DNA of 64,000 bases, taken from positions 1-64,000 of the IMG/VR virus record IMGVR_UViG_3300032267_001204. The stretch is one strand, 5' to 3'. The translations under genes were made by a program, and so were the position numbers. Under the pieces are notes generated by a model. That model saw nothing but the letters and a program-made list of their open reading frames with translations. It was not told the origin of the DNA and ran no database searches. This DNA comes from a virus. This document shows, in pieces, positions 54,347 to 64,000 of this stretch. Numbering within the stretch: position 1 is the first letter of the stretch; every line of letters begins with the position of its first letter.

Positions 54347-57300
54347 TCACCGCATGAAGCGGACTGCACGTCGGATGGGCGGCTGCCCCGTGAAGTTCTG
54401 CTGTGCGATCTGAGTGGCGAGCATTTGGGTGGCCTTTTCCATGTGGGCGGCGATCTGGTCTCCTCCCAGAAGAAACCCTTTGGCAGCCTCGAAGACGGCG
54501 GCAAAGTTCCGCAGATACATCTTCTCGGTATCTGAAGCATGAGGCAAGAAGCGCCGTTTCCCGAGGATACGGACCACAGGGACAGTGTCGGGCAGAGTGA
54601 TGAAGTATTTCCGCTTAAGTTTGCCGTCAGCGGGGTCGAGGACCTCGCCGCGATCGACTGCGCCTTGCATCCAAGTGTAGTCGGCCCCGCGATATCCAGG
54701 GCCGCCGCGCAGCCATTCGGAGTACCTATCATGCACGGCGCGGGGGTTGTTATCGAAGGACATGAAAAGGATCGTCTCGATTTCTTGGGGCAGGAAAAAC
54801 TCGCCCGTCGCGGTGACGCTGAGCGTGTAAGACTCCACTGTGCCGACCCACTTGCCGGTCAGCATGAGTTGTTCTTCGGCGGTGTTGATCAGCCGCTTGA
54901 TGGCCGCGTCGGAGATCCGGTAAGCCTCGGGAAGTTCAAGTCCGGCCCGGCCCCAATGGTAGCCGAAGGTATCGGGCGAAGATGCGGCAAGCTGCTGACG
55001 TTTGGCCCGACGATCGTCCTCGATCATGGCGACAATGTCGCGCTCGACCAAAGCGAGGGCCGATGCCTTTATGGCTCCAGCGGCGTCGGCATACTTGGAA
55101 TCTTCATCGCGGCCATTAACGACTACTACCGATCCGGTCGGGGAGTTGTTCTTGCGCGTCATGGCGGCCGGGACCAAGTAGCTTTCGATCATCAGCTTTT
55201 TCTGCTCGTACGTCACGGCTGGGCGCGAGCCGCTGTAATCTTCGCGGCGTTGGAGGAACGCCTGATGGGAACGAATTTCTGTGACGGCTTGATCGGCCAG
55301 CGTCTGCATCCTCACGGTGGGGATCTGCAATCCTCCGGCGATTTCGTTGTGGAGGCGCCCGATTTCTCCGGTTGTATCGCGCCGGGCTTCTTCGACGCCG
55401 CGAACGAGATTCCTCTCCACGAGGGCAAAGGCTTCTTGCTTAAAGGCCGCAGCGGCGTCGGCTTGCCCCCGGGAGGTAGCGACATAGGATTCGACGAGCT
55501 TCTTGCGGATCTCATCGTCGAACGTCAGGGGCGCGGTCGCTTTGTAATCTTCGCGGCGGGCCAAGAAGTTCCAGTGCGCGGTGGCCTCGGTGTTGGCGGT
55601 TGTCAGGTAAGCGTCGATCCGCGCCGTCGGGATTTTCACGCCGTCAGGCAACTCGTTGTGCAGCCGTCCTGCAAAGGTAGCCACAGCGCGACGCGACGCT
55701 TCTACCTGAGTCATCAGGTCACGTTCGATCAGCTCGAAGGCTTCCTGTTTGAGTTTGGTGGCTACGTCGGGGGCGGCTTGAGCGGTAGCGAGGTAGGACT
55801 CGACCAGTTTTTTACGGATTTCGAACGTAAAGGTAGCCGGAGCTGTCGCGTTGTAGTCTTCCCGTTTCGCCAGAAAATTGTAGTGAGCGAGGGCTTCTGT
55901 CGCGGCCGTAGTCAAGTAAGTCGTAAGTCTAGCCGTCGGGACTTTCACGCCATCGGGTAACTCGTTGTGTAAACGAGTTTCTTCAGGACTTCCGGCAACG
56001 TTACGGCGAGTAGCCTCTACTTGAGTCATCAGGTCACGCTCGATCAGTTCGAAGGCTTCCTGTTTGAGTTTGGTGGCTACGTCGGGAGCGGCTTGAGCGG
56101 TAGCGAGGTAGGACTCGACGAGTTTCTTGCGAATCTCAAACGTGAACGTCCCCGGAGCTGTCGCGTTGTAGTCTTCCCGTTTCGCCAGAAAATTGTAGTG
56201 AGCGAGGGCTTCCGTCGCGGCCGTAGACAGGTAAGTCGTAAGTCTAGCCGTCGGGACTTTCACGCCATCGGGTAACTCGTTGTGTAAACGGGTTTCCTCT
56301 GGGCTTCCGGCAACGTTACGGCGAGTCGCTTCTACTTGAGTCATCAAGTTGCGTTCGATCAGCTCAAACGCCGTCTGCTTCAACTGACTGGCAATATCGG
56401 GCGCCCCTTGGGCAACAGCGATACATGCTTCAACAAGCTTTTTGCGGATCTCAAACGGGAAAGTCGGCGCGGTCGCGTTGTAGTCTTCTCGACGGGCCAA
56501 GAAATTGAAGTGATCTGTAGCTTCGGTTACCGCCTGGGACAAATACGCGGCAAGGCGGGTAGTCGGGTATTTGAGCCCCTCGGGAAGTTCGTTGTGCAGC
56601 TTGGCGACGTCTGCATCAGCAGTGTACTCGCGCCGGGCTTTTTCGACCTGCGCCATCAAGTTGCGTTCGATTAGAGAAAACGCCTCGGATTTAAGACTCG
56701 CGCTCAAATCAACGACTTTGTCGTTTCCTGCCGTTGCGGTGCCTCGCGCCGTGGCGAGATACGATTCAACGAGCTTCTTGCGGATTTCAAAAGGGAACGG
56801 GTTGGGAAGGGTGCCGGTGGAGTAGTCCTCGCGGCGGATCAAAAAGTTCCAATGGGCCGTCGCGTCCAAGACAGCTTGGTTCAGATACTCGGTCATGCGG
56901 GCGGTCGGCACTTTGACGCCATCAGGCAGTTCATCGTGCAGTTGCCCAACCTCGCCAAGTTCGTCGCGCCGCTCCGCCTCTACCGCCGCCATCAGATCGC
57001 GCTCAATTAACAAAGTGGCTTCTTGCTTCAGGGCGGTTGCAACGTCAGCTTGTCCGCCAGCGGTTGCGGTATACGCTTCGACGAGTTTCTTCCTGATCTC
57101 AAAAGAAAACACCGTCGGAGCTGTGCGTTTGTAGTCTTCGCGCCGCGAAAAGAATGCCCACTGAGCGCCAGCGTCAGTCGCCGCTTGATCCAGATATGTT
57201 TGAAGGCGACTGGATTTAATCCGAGTTCCGCCGGGCAATTCATTGTGCAAACGTCCGACTTCGCCGGTAAACCCTTTACGGGCCGCCTCGACCAAAGTTA

Positions 57301-58018
57301 TCACGTTGCGTTGGATCAGCTCGAAGGCTTGCGTTTTGATCGCGGCTCCGTCAGCCCCGTTGTCGGCCATCAACAAAGACAGCGTCAAAAGACGGATGAC
57401 TTCTCCTGGAAGCGCGGCCGGAAACGAGTCACTGTTAGTGGAAAGCGCGACAAACGTCAGCGGGTCGCGATCAAATTCTTCCGACCGAGCAATAAAGTTA
57501 TGGTGATCGATCGCCTGTTGATATGCTTGGTTAATGTAGGACCGAATACGCGCTTCAGGCATCCGATATTTGACGACAGTCTCAAGCCCGACGCGCCCGA
57601 CCATGCCTCCAAAAGTGTTTTGGCCGGTAAGAGCCAAAGTCTGAAACGCCGTCTTACGCTCGCGATCCACGTCGGCCGTGATTTTGCGCTCGATGTAAGA
57701 ATACGCTTTTTGCTCCAGTGTGGCCGAACGCTCCAAGTCGTTGTTCTCTTCGCGCCACAGCGCAAGGATCATCGACTTAGTGGCGTCGAGGTCGGGCAAA
57801 ATCAGGCTACCCGTGGCGGGGTTTCCCGTCGTGCCGCCAGCCTGCCAAGTCAACGCGGCACGATCCGCGTCCTCTTGACGGGAGAAGAAATTGAAATGCT
57901 CGATGAGCCGACGCTGCGCTTCGTCTATTCTTTGATCAATGCGCGTGGTATTGGTCGCCGCTACGCCGTTATCGACGTAAGGCGCAAGCATCGTCCGAGC
58001 GTTGAGGTAAGTTGACAT
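54347..58018 (-). CDS. Ten-unit tandem-repeat protein, head-tail adaptor (tubular A-like) concatemer
   Basis: About 105-aa units with xLHNELP..TAR..YL..A..EA.AH.NFL.RREDY...FEIRKKLVESY...KQEAF.LIERxL; the final unit carries a beta insertion. Confidence 0.7.
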   Translation of the reverse strand: MSTYLNARTMLAPYVDNGVAATNTTRIDQRIDEAQRRLIEHFNFFSRQEDADRAALTWQAGGTTGNPATGSLILPDLDATKSMILALWREENNDLERSATLEQKAYSYIERKITADVDRERKTAFQTLALTGQNTFGGMVGRVGLETVVKYRMPEARIRSYINQAYQQAIDHHNFIARSEEFDRDPLTFVALSTNSDSFPAALPGEVIRLLTLSLLMADNGADGAAIKTQAFELIQRNVITLVEAARKGFTGEVGRLHNELPGGTRIKSSRLQTYLDQAATDAGAQWAFFSRREDYKRTAPTVFSFEIRKKLVEAYTATAGGQADVATALKQEATLLIERDLMAAVEAERRDELGEVGQLHDELPDGVKVPTARMTEYLNQAVLDATAHWNFLIRREDYSTGTLPNPFPFEIRKKLVESYLATARGTATAGNDKVVDLSASLKSEAFSLIERNLMAQVEKARREYTADADVAKLHNELPEGLKYPTTRLAAYLSQAVTEATDHFNFLARREDYNATAPTFPFEIRKKLVEACIAVAQGAPDIASQLKQTAFELIERNLMTQVEATRRNVAGSPEETRLHNELPDGVKVPTARLTTYLSTAATEALAHYNFLAKREDYNATAPGTFTFEIRKKLVESYLATAQAAPDVATKLKQEAFELIERDLMTQVEATRRNVAGSPEETRLHNELPDGVKVPTARLTTYLTTAATEALAHYNFLAKREDYNATAPATFTFEIRKKLVESYLATAQAAPDVATKLKQEAFELIERDLMTQVEASRRAVATFAGRLHNELPDGVKIPTARIDAYLTTANTEATAHWNFLARREDYKATAPLTFDDEIRKKLVESYVATSRGQADAAAAFKQEAFALVERNLVRGVEEARRDTTGEIGRLHNEIAGGLQIPTVRMQTLADQAVTEIRSHQAFLQRREDYSGSRPAVTYEQKKLMIESYLVPAAMTRKNNSPTGSVVVVNGRDEDSKYADAAGAIKASALALVERDIVAMIEDDRRAKRQQLAASSPDTFGYHWGRAGLELPEAYRISDAAIKRLINTAEEQLMLTGKWVGTVESYTLSVTATGEFFLPQEIETILFMSFDNNPRAVHDRYSEWLRGGPGYRGADYTWMQGAVDRGEVLDPADGKLKRKYFITLPDTVPVVRILGKRRFLPHASDTEKMYLRNFAAVFEAAKGFLLGGDQIAAHMEKATQMLATQIAQQNFTGQPPIRRAVRFMR
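55700..56335. repeat. Near-identical 315-bp tandem duplication (units 6 and 7)
   Basis: CTCGTTGTGTAAACG at 55961 and 56276; long identical runs at a 315-bp period. Confidence 0.85.
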
Positions 58019-58710
58019 TAAGGTTCGCTAAGCTCCTGCGCGGTGATCGCAAGAAAGCCATAAATCGTCGTGTTTCCCGCTCCGGCGGTGCGGAGAACGC
58101 CGAGCGTTGCGGCGCTTGTCGTACTGCCAAGACGGACTCCGTAGGTGATGTTGCCGGTCGTTCCCGGGGTGTCCAAATAATGGATCTGCAAGCTGACCAA
58201 CGCGTCGGCTAGGGGCACACGTTGGTAGCTCGCCGCGATCGCCGACGTCACTCCAGACTTTGACAGCATGGCTACTAAGTTGTCGTTGGCTAGGCTGCTG
58301 GTCGCGACTGGAATAGAGGCCGTCACCAACACTTTGCTCGCCGTACTGCGGACATTCAACGTCACCGCGACAAGATTTGAAGCTGCTCCGGTCGGAAACG
58401 CCATCTGGCTCCCGATGTTGGAAACCTGCACGTTCGTCAGCGTGGTAGGCGTCGTAGACATCGCAGTCTTTGTGTTGCCTTCTAGCGAAGTCCGCCATGC
58501 GCCGTTGTCGTAGACGTCCAGCGTTTTGTTAGTCGTATCGAACCAAAGAGTTGTTCCGTCTTGCGACCCTGTCATTGAAGCTCCGGAATACAGAGTCCGT
58601 GTTGCGGTCGGCGCATACAAAGCGTTGGCGAAGCGCACCAACAGATCTTGCGCGCTGGCGGGATACTTGATGTCGGTCAAAGTGCCGGGAGTAAGAGTGA
58701 GTGCAGACAT
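58018..58710 (-). CDS. Tail fibre/decoration-like protein
   Basis: LWFDTTNKTLDVYDNGAW and LDTPGTTGNITYGV...ITAQEL tail-fibre motifs. Confidence 0.7.
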   Translation of the reverse strand: MSALTLTPGTLTDIKYPASAQDLLVRFANALYAPTATRTLYSGASMTGSQDGTTLWFDTTNKTLDVYDNGAWRTSLEGNTKTAMSTTPTTLTNVQVSNIGSQMAFPTGAASNLVAVTLNVRSTASKVLVTASIPVATSSLANDNLVAMLSKSGVTSAIAASYQRVPLADALVSLQIHYLDTPGTTGNITYGVRLGSTTSAATLGVLRTAGAGNTTIYGFLAITAQELSEP

Positions 58711-58713
58711 AAA

Positions 58714-60612
58714 TTATCGTTTGTTCAAATAGGGTCCAAGGGCCAGTTCTTCGGGCAGCGGCGTGGCTGGTCGCCGCGTGGAGATAATATACGCCTTTGT
58801 GCTCGTGCAGGGAACTAGGAAGACCCTACCGTCGGGCAATAAAACCCCGCCGGAGAACAATCCGTTTCCGGGGGCGAAGGTGTTAGCAAAGTCACCGGTC
58901 GCTGAAATATTAGCCTGTAGCCCCGGAATAGGGATGGCTATCGCGTCTTGCGGGCTACTTGATTGAGTATCTTGAGAGTCAAAGAGCAACACCGACGGAG
59001 TATGCGACGCGCCCCAATAACCCGGAACCGCTACGACGTAGCCGTCCGCCATGCGTACAAGCCCCGAAACCCGATACCCTTGAACCGTGCCTCCGGTCGG
59101 CATTGGCGTCTTAGCGACCGCCGCGCTCGTGTTGCCATTAACAAGGAAGTGACCGTTGGTCTGGTTAACTGTTATAAGCCGCGTTGCCGAGCCTGCGCTA
59201 TTTACCGCAAGCGTAGGATAATCCGTGTTCCCCGATGCCCACGCGCTGGCGGTCGTGTCTTCCGATGAAGCAACGAAAGTCAATGTGCCAAATGCGACAT
59301 CCGTGCTTGCGTTGAACCCCGCACCGTAACCAGAAGAGCGGTCAGCCGAGCTTGAAACTGTCATGTTTCCGGTCGAATCGATAAGATACGGCTTTCCCGA
59401 GGCGTGGGGAACTGCAACCGCTACTCGATTGCCGCTTTTTATCTTGTCTGAACCCAGAGCGACGATACCGCCAAATGCTCGGTTAGGCAGCCCACTCACA
59501 GTATTTCCGTAGGTGCATACGCCGGTCTGAACATTGTAAACCAATGCTTTTTTAGCAAAGAAAGGCGCGCAAACGACGACGGGGCCGTCGCTAAACGCGG
59601 GGCTGCCGGCTCCACTGCGGCCTCCGTTGACGCCTCCAACGCTCGGCGGCGCGCTCAAAAGAACGCCTCCAGAATACCCCGCATAATAGGGCGCCGTAAA
59701 CGGCAGCACTCCTCCGGGCCACGCTACATTGGTCAGCGTGTCTTTAACTGGATCGTAGATTGCCGGTTGCGCGTTGTAAGGCACGAGAAACACTTTGCCG
59801 TCCGGCAAAAGAACCCCGCCGGAATACGCGCCACCCTTCATGTTATCGCTTGTCGTCCCCGGTCTTGTCCATGCAGGGAAAACAGGCGCACACTCTTGTA
59901 CGCTTAAAAACCAATCGCAGTACCTGTTGTAAATTTCGTGGTTCCGCAAAGTCGCCGCGAGAACGTAATTGGTATCTGACGTCTCTGTCGCTTTGTTGGC
60001 TTGCGCGGGCCACGTTTTAGGCCCAGTTGGAAGGCCAAGGAAAGTAGACCAAGGATTGATGGGCCGCGTCTCTCCGCGCACGCCGCTCGCAGTATAAATC
60101 GAACCAACGTCTTTAGAGATCGCAAGTTGGCTTACTGCGCCTACCTGCAACGCTCCAGCATCCACCGAGAGGTCCTGAAGCTGAGCCGCGCCGACTGAAT
60201 TGTCGGTCAAATGTTCTTGAAGAATTGTACTCGTCGCGATCTTTGCGCCGGTCACCGCTCGGCTTTTGATGTGGTTGGTGGACACCGCTCGGTCATTGTC
60301 GGTGCTCGCGCTGTTCTGCAACTCGCTCCCAGTAACCGCGTTGTCCGCGATTTGCGTCGGCCCGACCGAGGACGCAGGAAGAAGACTGGACAGTTCCACG
60401 TCGTACATGGTCGTCCCCCGGCGCACCAGCAATCGATCGGTATTGGCCGTCGCTCCGGACAATACGCTCTTAGCCGACAGAACTTTATTTTCGATGACCA
60501 AAACAGCGGCTTTTTTTGTTACCCCGCCTTGGTTGACGACCACGAGGTCGCTATCACTCACCGCCGTAGCAGCTTGCAGATTCGGCACAGTTGTGTTGGC
60601 GGTGTAAGACAT
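58714..60612 (-). CDS. Tail fibre with stalk repeats and a beta-propeller head
   Basis: IADNAVTGSEL / IKSRAVTGAKI repeats; YSGGVLLPDGKVFLVP and FSGGVLLPDGRVFLVP blades. Confidence 0.75.
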   Translation of the reverse strand: MSYTANTTVPNLQAATAVSDSDLVVVNQGGVTKKAAVLVIENKVLSAKSVLSGATANTDRLLVRRGTTMYDVELSSLLPASSVGPTQIADNAVTGSELQNSASTDNDRAVSTNHIKSRAVTGAKIATSTILQEHLTDNSVGAAQLQDLSVDAGALQVGAVSQLAISKDVGSIYTASGVRGETRPINPWSTFLGLPTGPKTWPAQANKATETSDTNYVLAATLRNHEIYNRYCDWFLSVQECAPVFPAWTRPGTTSDNMKGGAYSGGVLLPDGKVFLVPYNAQPAIYDPVKDTLTNVAWPGGVLPFTAPYYAGYSGGVLLSAPPSVGGVNGGRSGAGSPAFSDGPVVVCAPFFAKKALVYNVQTGVCTYGNTVSGLPNRAFGGIVALGSDKIKSGNRVAVAVPHASGKPYLIDSTGNMTVSSSADRSSGYGAGFNASTDVAFGTLTFVASSEDTTASAWASGNTDYPTLAVNSAGSATRLITVNQTNGHFLVNGNTSAAVAKTPMPTGGTVQGYRVSGLVRMADGYVVAVPGYWGASHTPSVLLFDSQDTQSSSPQDAIAIPIPGLQANISATGDFANTFAPGNGLFSGGVLLPDGRVFLVPCTSTKAYIISTRRPATPLPEELALGPYLNKR

Positions 60613-60887
60613 TAGAACAAGAATAACTTATAGTCATCTGCCGTTCCGGCAACTCCGTCGGTGTTGGAAACCAACAAGAAGTGACCGCCCTCGATGAGCA
60701 AAAAATAAAGTAGCGCCCCAGGGGCTTCCTGCGGGGCTTCGTAGAAAGTCTGGTCGAGCAACAAGTCGCCGGTAACTGACAACGCGGTGCAGCCGGTCGG
60801 CGGCGTCGAGTCGGTGTATCCCGCGCCCGCGTAGTAGTTATCCGGCCCTTGAGTCGGCCCACTGGCGATCAGAGTCGTGCAGCTCAT
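60612..60887 (-). CDS. Small tail-associated protein
   Basis: ATG overlapping the nozzle stop (MSCTTLIASG...LLIEGGHFLL). Confidence 0.5.
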   Translation of the reverse strand: MSCTTLIASGPTQGPDNYYAGAGYTDSTPPTGCTALSVTGDLLLDQTFYEAPQEAPGALLYFLLIEGGHFLLVSNTDGVAGTADDYKLFLF

Positions 60888-62965
60888 TGCGCTCCTCCCA
60901 CCGCTTCGGTTTGTTTCAAGCTGTGCATGAGAACCCGCGTCAACCGAGCGCGGCCTTTCCACTCGATCTTCAGGAGAAACTCATAGCCGAGGTACGCCGG
61001 AACCGCCGTGGCGGGGTTCGCGTCCAACGGAGGAATGGGCGACCGCTGCTGCGGCACGTAGCCCCGAGCCAGATACGGAACCGCCGTTCCGTTCGGTAAT
61101 TCGGCAGTTAGCGCGGTCTCTGTGTGAAAGCACTTGGTAAAGGTGAACCACGAAATCCACTCCGGAGCGTTGTCCGGCCGATACCACACTTGAGCCTCAA
61201 AGTCGTGATCTGGTCCGCCGCCGAGGTCATCAAACCAGACGTCGCAGCGAAGCAGCTTTTTCAGCGACATCAGCTCCTCGAACTGAAAAGCCTTCGGCAC
61301 GATAGAAGCGACGATGCGCTGCTCGCTGACCCCAATGTCGTTCTCTTCGTCGCGGGTTAGCTCCCAGAGCTGGAGCTGGCCGCCGGAAGCACTATTAGCG
61401 TTGACGAAGCAAATAGCGAACGCCCGTTGCACGGCGTCAAAGTTGCCGCTCAGAAGTTGCAGGGTCGGCAACCCCGTCCAGACTCCGTCGTAGGTTGCCG
61501 CCGATTTCCCTGCGTTGACTGCCGTGCTGCGAAAGTCCAAGGCAACAATCCCATTGTAGACGACGGGCGTCGGTATCGAGGTCACTAACGCAGCAGCATT
61601 GTTGAGCGTCCCCTCCCCCGCGACCGCTTTCTTGCGGCCTTCCGGCCAGCACGTCATCAAAAGCCGATCGTCAAAATAGGCAAAGGAAACTCCGTCGAGC
61701 ATCCATAGCGTGTCCCGGGTCAGGATTGGATCAATCTCTGCCGACATGGGCGTCTGGCCGAAGCTGTCGAATTCAGCCCGTGCGCTGCGGTAGGTGCGAA
61801 TGCCGTTGCCCTCTGCGCTGCGGAAAAAGATGTCGCCGTTCACAACTTGGACAGATCGACTAGCGGCTCCGATATCCAAAAACAACACGCGCTGGAAACC
61901 TCTAGTGATCTTCCAGTCAATGCGGGGCGCCGACACCGCAAACGAAGCAGCACCGCGCTCGCAAAACGCTACGAGATCTCCCTGCCCTGTCGCGTCATCT
62001 TGAATCGGCACGAAGGCCAAGCTCTTCACCCGCCCCATCTGGCTGGGCAGCGCAAACGAGCCGCCTTCCGCCAGGAACCCATGCTCGGAAAAGCGCAACA
62101 GGTCGGCCGCTTCGCCTTGGGCGAAACGAACCGCAACCCCGCCGACGCCCTCGGACGCCACCGCCCCCGGCACAACAAACTTGGTAGTCGAAAGGACGTC
62201 GCTGACTACGTAGCTCCCGTTGATCATGGGGACGCTGCTGTGGCCGCTAATCGTGATGGCGTCGCCAATAACAAAGTTGTGTTCTGCCTTTGTGGTAAAG
62301 ACAGTGGGAAATCCCTCCGCGCTGGAGTCGATGTCCACGTATTGTGTGCTGCCGCCGTAGATCAAATCGCCGGCCATGATTTCCCTGCCGCCATTGACCG
62401 CTACAAAAAGCCGCCCTTGCCCGAAAGCCATCTGCTTGCCGGTCGGAATGGTCGGATTTCCATACGCTGAAGCCCGACGCACTTGCACGCCGTCGTAGAC
62501 GAGAGGCTCCCCAACGCCATCCTGGATAATGACGAAGCGATCCGCTTGACAGAGATACACGTCGGTAGTCTGGACGAAGCGATCAGTGAGGCCCCAAATT
62601 GGACGACACGAGCGATTTCTCAGGGTAATGGCAAACAAGCGGCCATCGACCGCGATTAGGATTTGGCTTGGCGCGTCATCCCGGGGGTCTTCATAGATAA
62701 ACGCCCCTTGGAAAACCAACCCCGCTTGGACATAGACTGTGAAGTAATCCGACGACCGCTCTCCCGCGACTCCGTCGTCAGTGCGCCAAAACGAGCTTGG
62801 GATCTGCCGAAACCCGGGACGAGTGCGGGGGCCGCCGCCGCCCCGGAACGTGCAGTTAACGGCATAGGCCGCTGCTCGCGGGTCAATCTGAGACGGATCG
62901 CGGCTTCCGTCCATGCCAAGCATACCTCGGAAGCCATCAACCAGTCTTTCCTGGTCGATAATCAT
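60884..62965 (-). CDS. Tail nozzle / tubular B / P22 gp10-like stabilization protein
   Basis: 693 aa, beta-rich, downstream of the capsid gene; AVNCTFRGG..RTRPGF N-terminus. Confidence 0.65.
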   Translation of the reverse strand: MIIDQERLVDGFRGMLGMDGSRDPSQIDPRAAAYAVNCTFRGGGGPRTRPGFRQIPSSFWRTDDGVAGERSSDYFTVYVQAGLVFQGAFIYEDPRDDAPSQILIAVDGRLFAITLRNRSCRPIWGLTDRFVQTTDVYLCQADRFVIIQDGVGEPLVYDGVQVRRASAYGNPTIPTGKQMAFGQGRLFVAVNGGREIMAGDLIYGGSTQYVDIDSSAEGFPTVFTTKAEHNFVIGDAITISGHSSVPMINGSYVVSDVLSTTKFVVPGAVASEGVGGVAVRFAQGEAADLLRFSEHGFLAEGGSFALPSQMGRVKSLAFVPIQDDATGQGDLVAFCERGAASFAVSAPRIDWKITRGFQRVLFLDIGAASRSVQVVNGDIFFRSAEGNGIRTYRSARAEFDSFGQTPMSAEIDPILTRDTLWMLDGVSFAYFDDRLLMTCWPEGRKKAVAGEGTLNNAAALVTSIPTPVVYNGIVALDFRSTAVNAGKSAATYDGVWTGLPTLQLLSGNFDAVQRAFAICFVNANSASGGQLQLWELTRDEENDIGVSEQRIVASIVPKAFQFEELMSLKKLLRCDVWFDDLGGGPDHDFEAQVWYRPDNAPEWISWFTFTKCFHTETALTAELPNGTAVPYLARGYVPQQRSPIPPLDANPATAVPAYLGYEFLLKIEWKGRARLTRVLMHSLKQTEAVGGAQ

Positions 62966-62971
62966 CCGGCG

Positions 62972-63199
62972 TTACTCCTTGGCGAGGGCGGTCATCATCG
63001 CCTCGTCGAAACCGGCGTCTTCGGTCGGTTCGGCTTCCGCTTCGGCAGGAGCGTCGCCGACGGGAAGGCCGTCGATGGCGGTGAGAGTGAGATTGCCGGC
63101 GCCGAGCTGAAGAGTTGCCAAAGCTTCGAATGTCGAACCTTCGGTAACTCCATCAGGCGGAACCATGCCGTCAGGAACAGGGAATGTGATGGATTTCAT
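62972..63199 (-). CDS. Small acidic hypothetical protein
   Basis: Between the capsid and nozzle genes. Confidence 0.65.
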   Translation of the reverse strand: MKSITFPVPDGMVPPDGVTEGSTFEALATLQLGAGNLTLTAIDGLPVGDAPAEAEAEPTEDAGFDEAMMTALAKE

Positions 63200-63226
63200 G
63201 TGGTTTGCGAGGTTGCCCCCATTCTA

Positions 63227-63247
63227 CCCCGGAGGTTCACTCCGGGG
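63227..63247 (-). terminator. Hairpin downstream of the capsid gene
   Basis: CCCCGGAG-5nt-CTCCGGGG; no clear U-tract. Confidence 0.4.
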
Positions 63248-63263
63248 CAGTGTTGGGAACAAC

Positions 63264-64000
63264 TTAGGCCGTCAGAGCCGTAGCTGAAGTGGTCGGGATC
63301 GAACCACCGCAACCGAAGGCTTCAACCACACGCGGGCAGCGGCGGTGACGAATCACGAAGCCGAGTTCAGGACGGAGGATCTTCGCTCCGTAGGCATACA
63401 GCGCCCGGAAGAACCCGATCGAGCCGTCAGGATTCAGGGTGCGATCCTGGATGTTCCTCCAGGTGAACTCACCCGACCACGAGTAGGCTGGATTGTACTT
63501 CAGTTGACCGACACCCGTAGGCTTCGGAATGAGGACCTTCATCACGTCCGCGTGGTAAACCACGGTGTCCGTGTACGGAGCGTCCTTGTAAGCCTGCGCC
63601 ACTTCGTAAGCGCGACCAATGCTGGGGTCAACCAGGGTCGAGCCAGTGAAGGGATGAACGCGGGTCCAAGTGCCCGTGCCGCGAACCGCTGTTGCGGCTG
63701 CGCTAGCCCCACCGCCGCCGCTGAACGACACCGCCGGGACGGAGGTGTAGCCGCTGCCGGGATTGGTGATGGTGATCGCGGTAACCGCGCCGCTGGCGAT
63801 TGTGGCTGTTGCCGTCGCAGTTACGCCGCCAGTAGGAGCAGCCGCAATCGTGACCGTCGGGGCCGAGGTGTAGCTGGATCCCCCCGCAGTAACTGTGACG
63901 GAGTTGATCGAGTCCGCTGCCATCAGCGTGTATCTCGGCGGGAATTCAACCGTGAAAAACTTAAATCCACGATAAACTCCAGACAGCCCCGGGGCCATCA
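63264..64000 (-). CDS. Major capsid protein, C-terminal part, with inserted GSGYT-type beta domain
   Basis: YRGF...PPRY...GEFTWRNIQDR..NPDGSIGFFRA...RPELGFVIRHRR; the frame is open to the window edge. Confidence 0.65.
   Translation of the reverse strand, partial: MAPGLSGVYRGFKFFTVEFPPRYTLMAADSINSVTVTAGGSSYTSAPTVTIAAAPTGGVTATATATIASGAVTAITITNPGSGYTSVPAVSFSGGGGASAAATAVRGTGTWTRVHPFTGSTLVDPSIGRAYEVAQAYKDAPYTDTVVYHADVMKVLIPKPTGVGQLKYNPAYSWSGEFTWRNIQDRTLNPDGSIGFFRALYAYGAKILRPELGFVIRHRRCPRVVEAFGCGGSIPTTSATALTA

Noticed and set aside
55700-56335. Diversity-generating retroelement TR/VR pair
   Set aside because: The copies are in-frame tandem units with mostly synonymous, non-adenine-specific differences, and no reverse transcriptase is in the window.

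Overview
The window is most of a temperate, podovirus-like tailed phage genome, probably infecting Verrucomicrobiota/PVC bacteria (inferred from the integrase, portal and capsid sequence styles). It is in the non-integrated configuration, with an intact tRNA-Glu-type attP next to the integrase. Layout: (1) 1-7.2 kb, minus strand: an LRR protein missed by the ORF track, HNH-like protein, portal, metallophosphoesterase and large terminase. (2) 7.3-22.3 kb, plus strand: attP, tyrosine integrase, three RHH-type regulators, excisionase, resolvase, SAM methyltransferase, SF2 helicase-Cas4-like nuclease fusion, SSB-like protein, PolA (Leu762 type), a multi-TRD C5 DNA methyltransferase with an overprinted second-frame subunit, and a primase-helicase. 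(3) 22.3-23.9 kb: a non-coding G-run/AT-rich origin-like region and a non-canonical tRNA-Met(CAT)-like gene. (4) 23.9-37.4 kb: an early/accessory array whose gene boundaries between 23.9 and 30.7 kb carry eight ACTCAAC-N4-GTTGAGT palindromes interlocked with long covarying RNA hairpins, plus a second palindrome family. (5) 37.4-64 kb, minus strand: virion genes, including a 3907-aa polyvalent/ejection protein, a 10-unit concatenated adaptor-like protein, tail fibres, nozzle, and a major capsid protein with an inserted GSGYT beta-domain. All calls come from motif reading only; no database searches were run.
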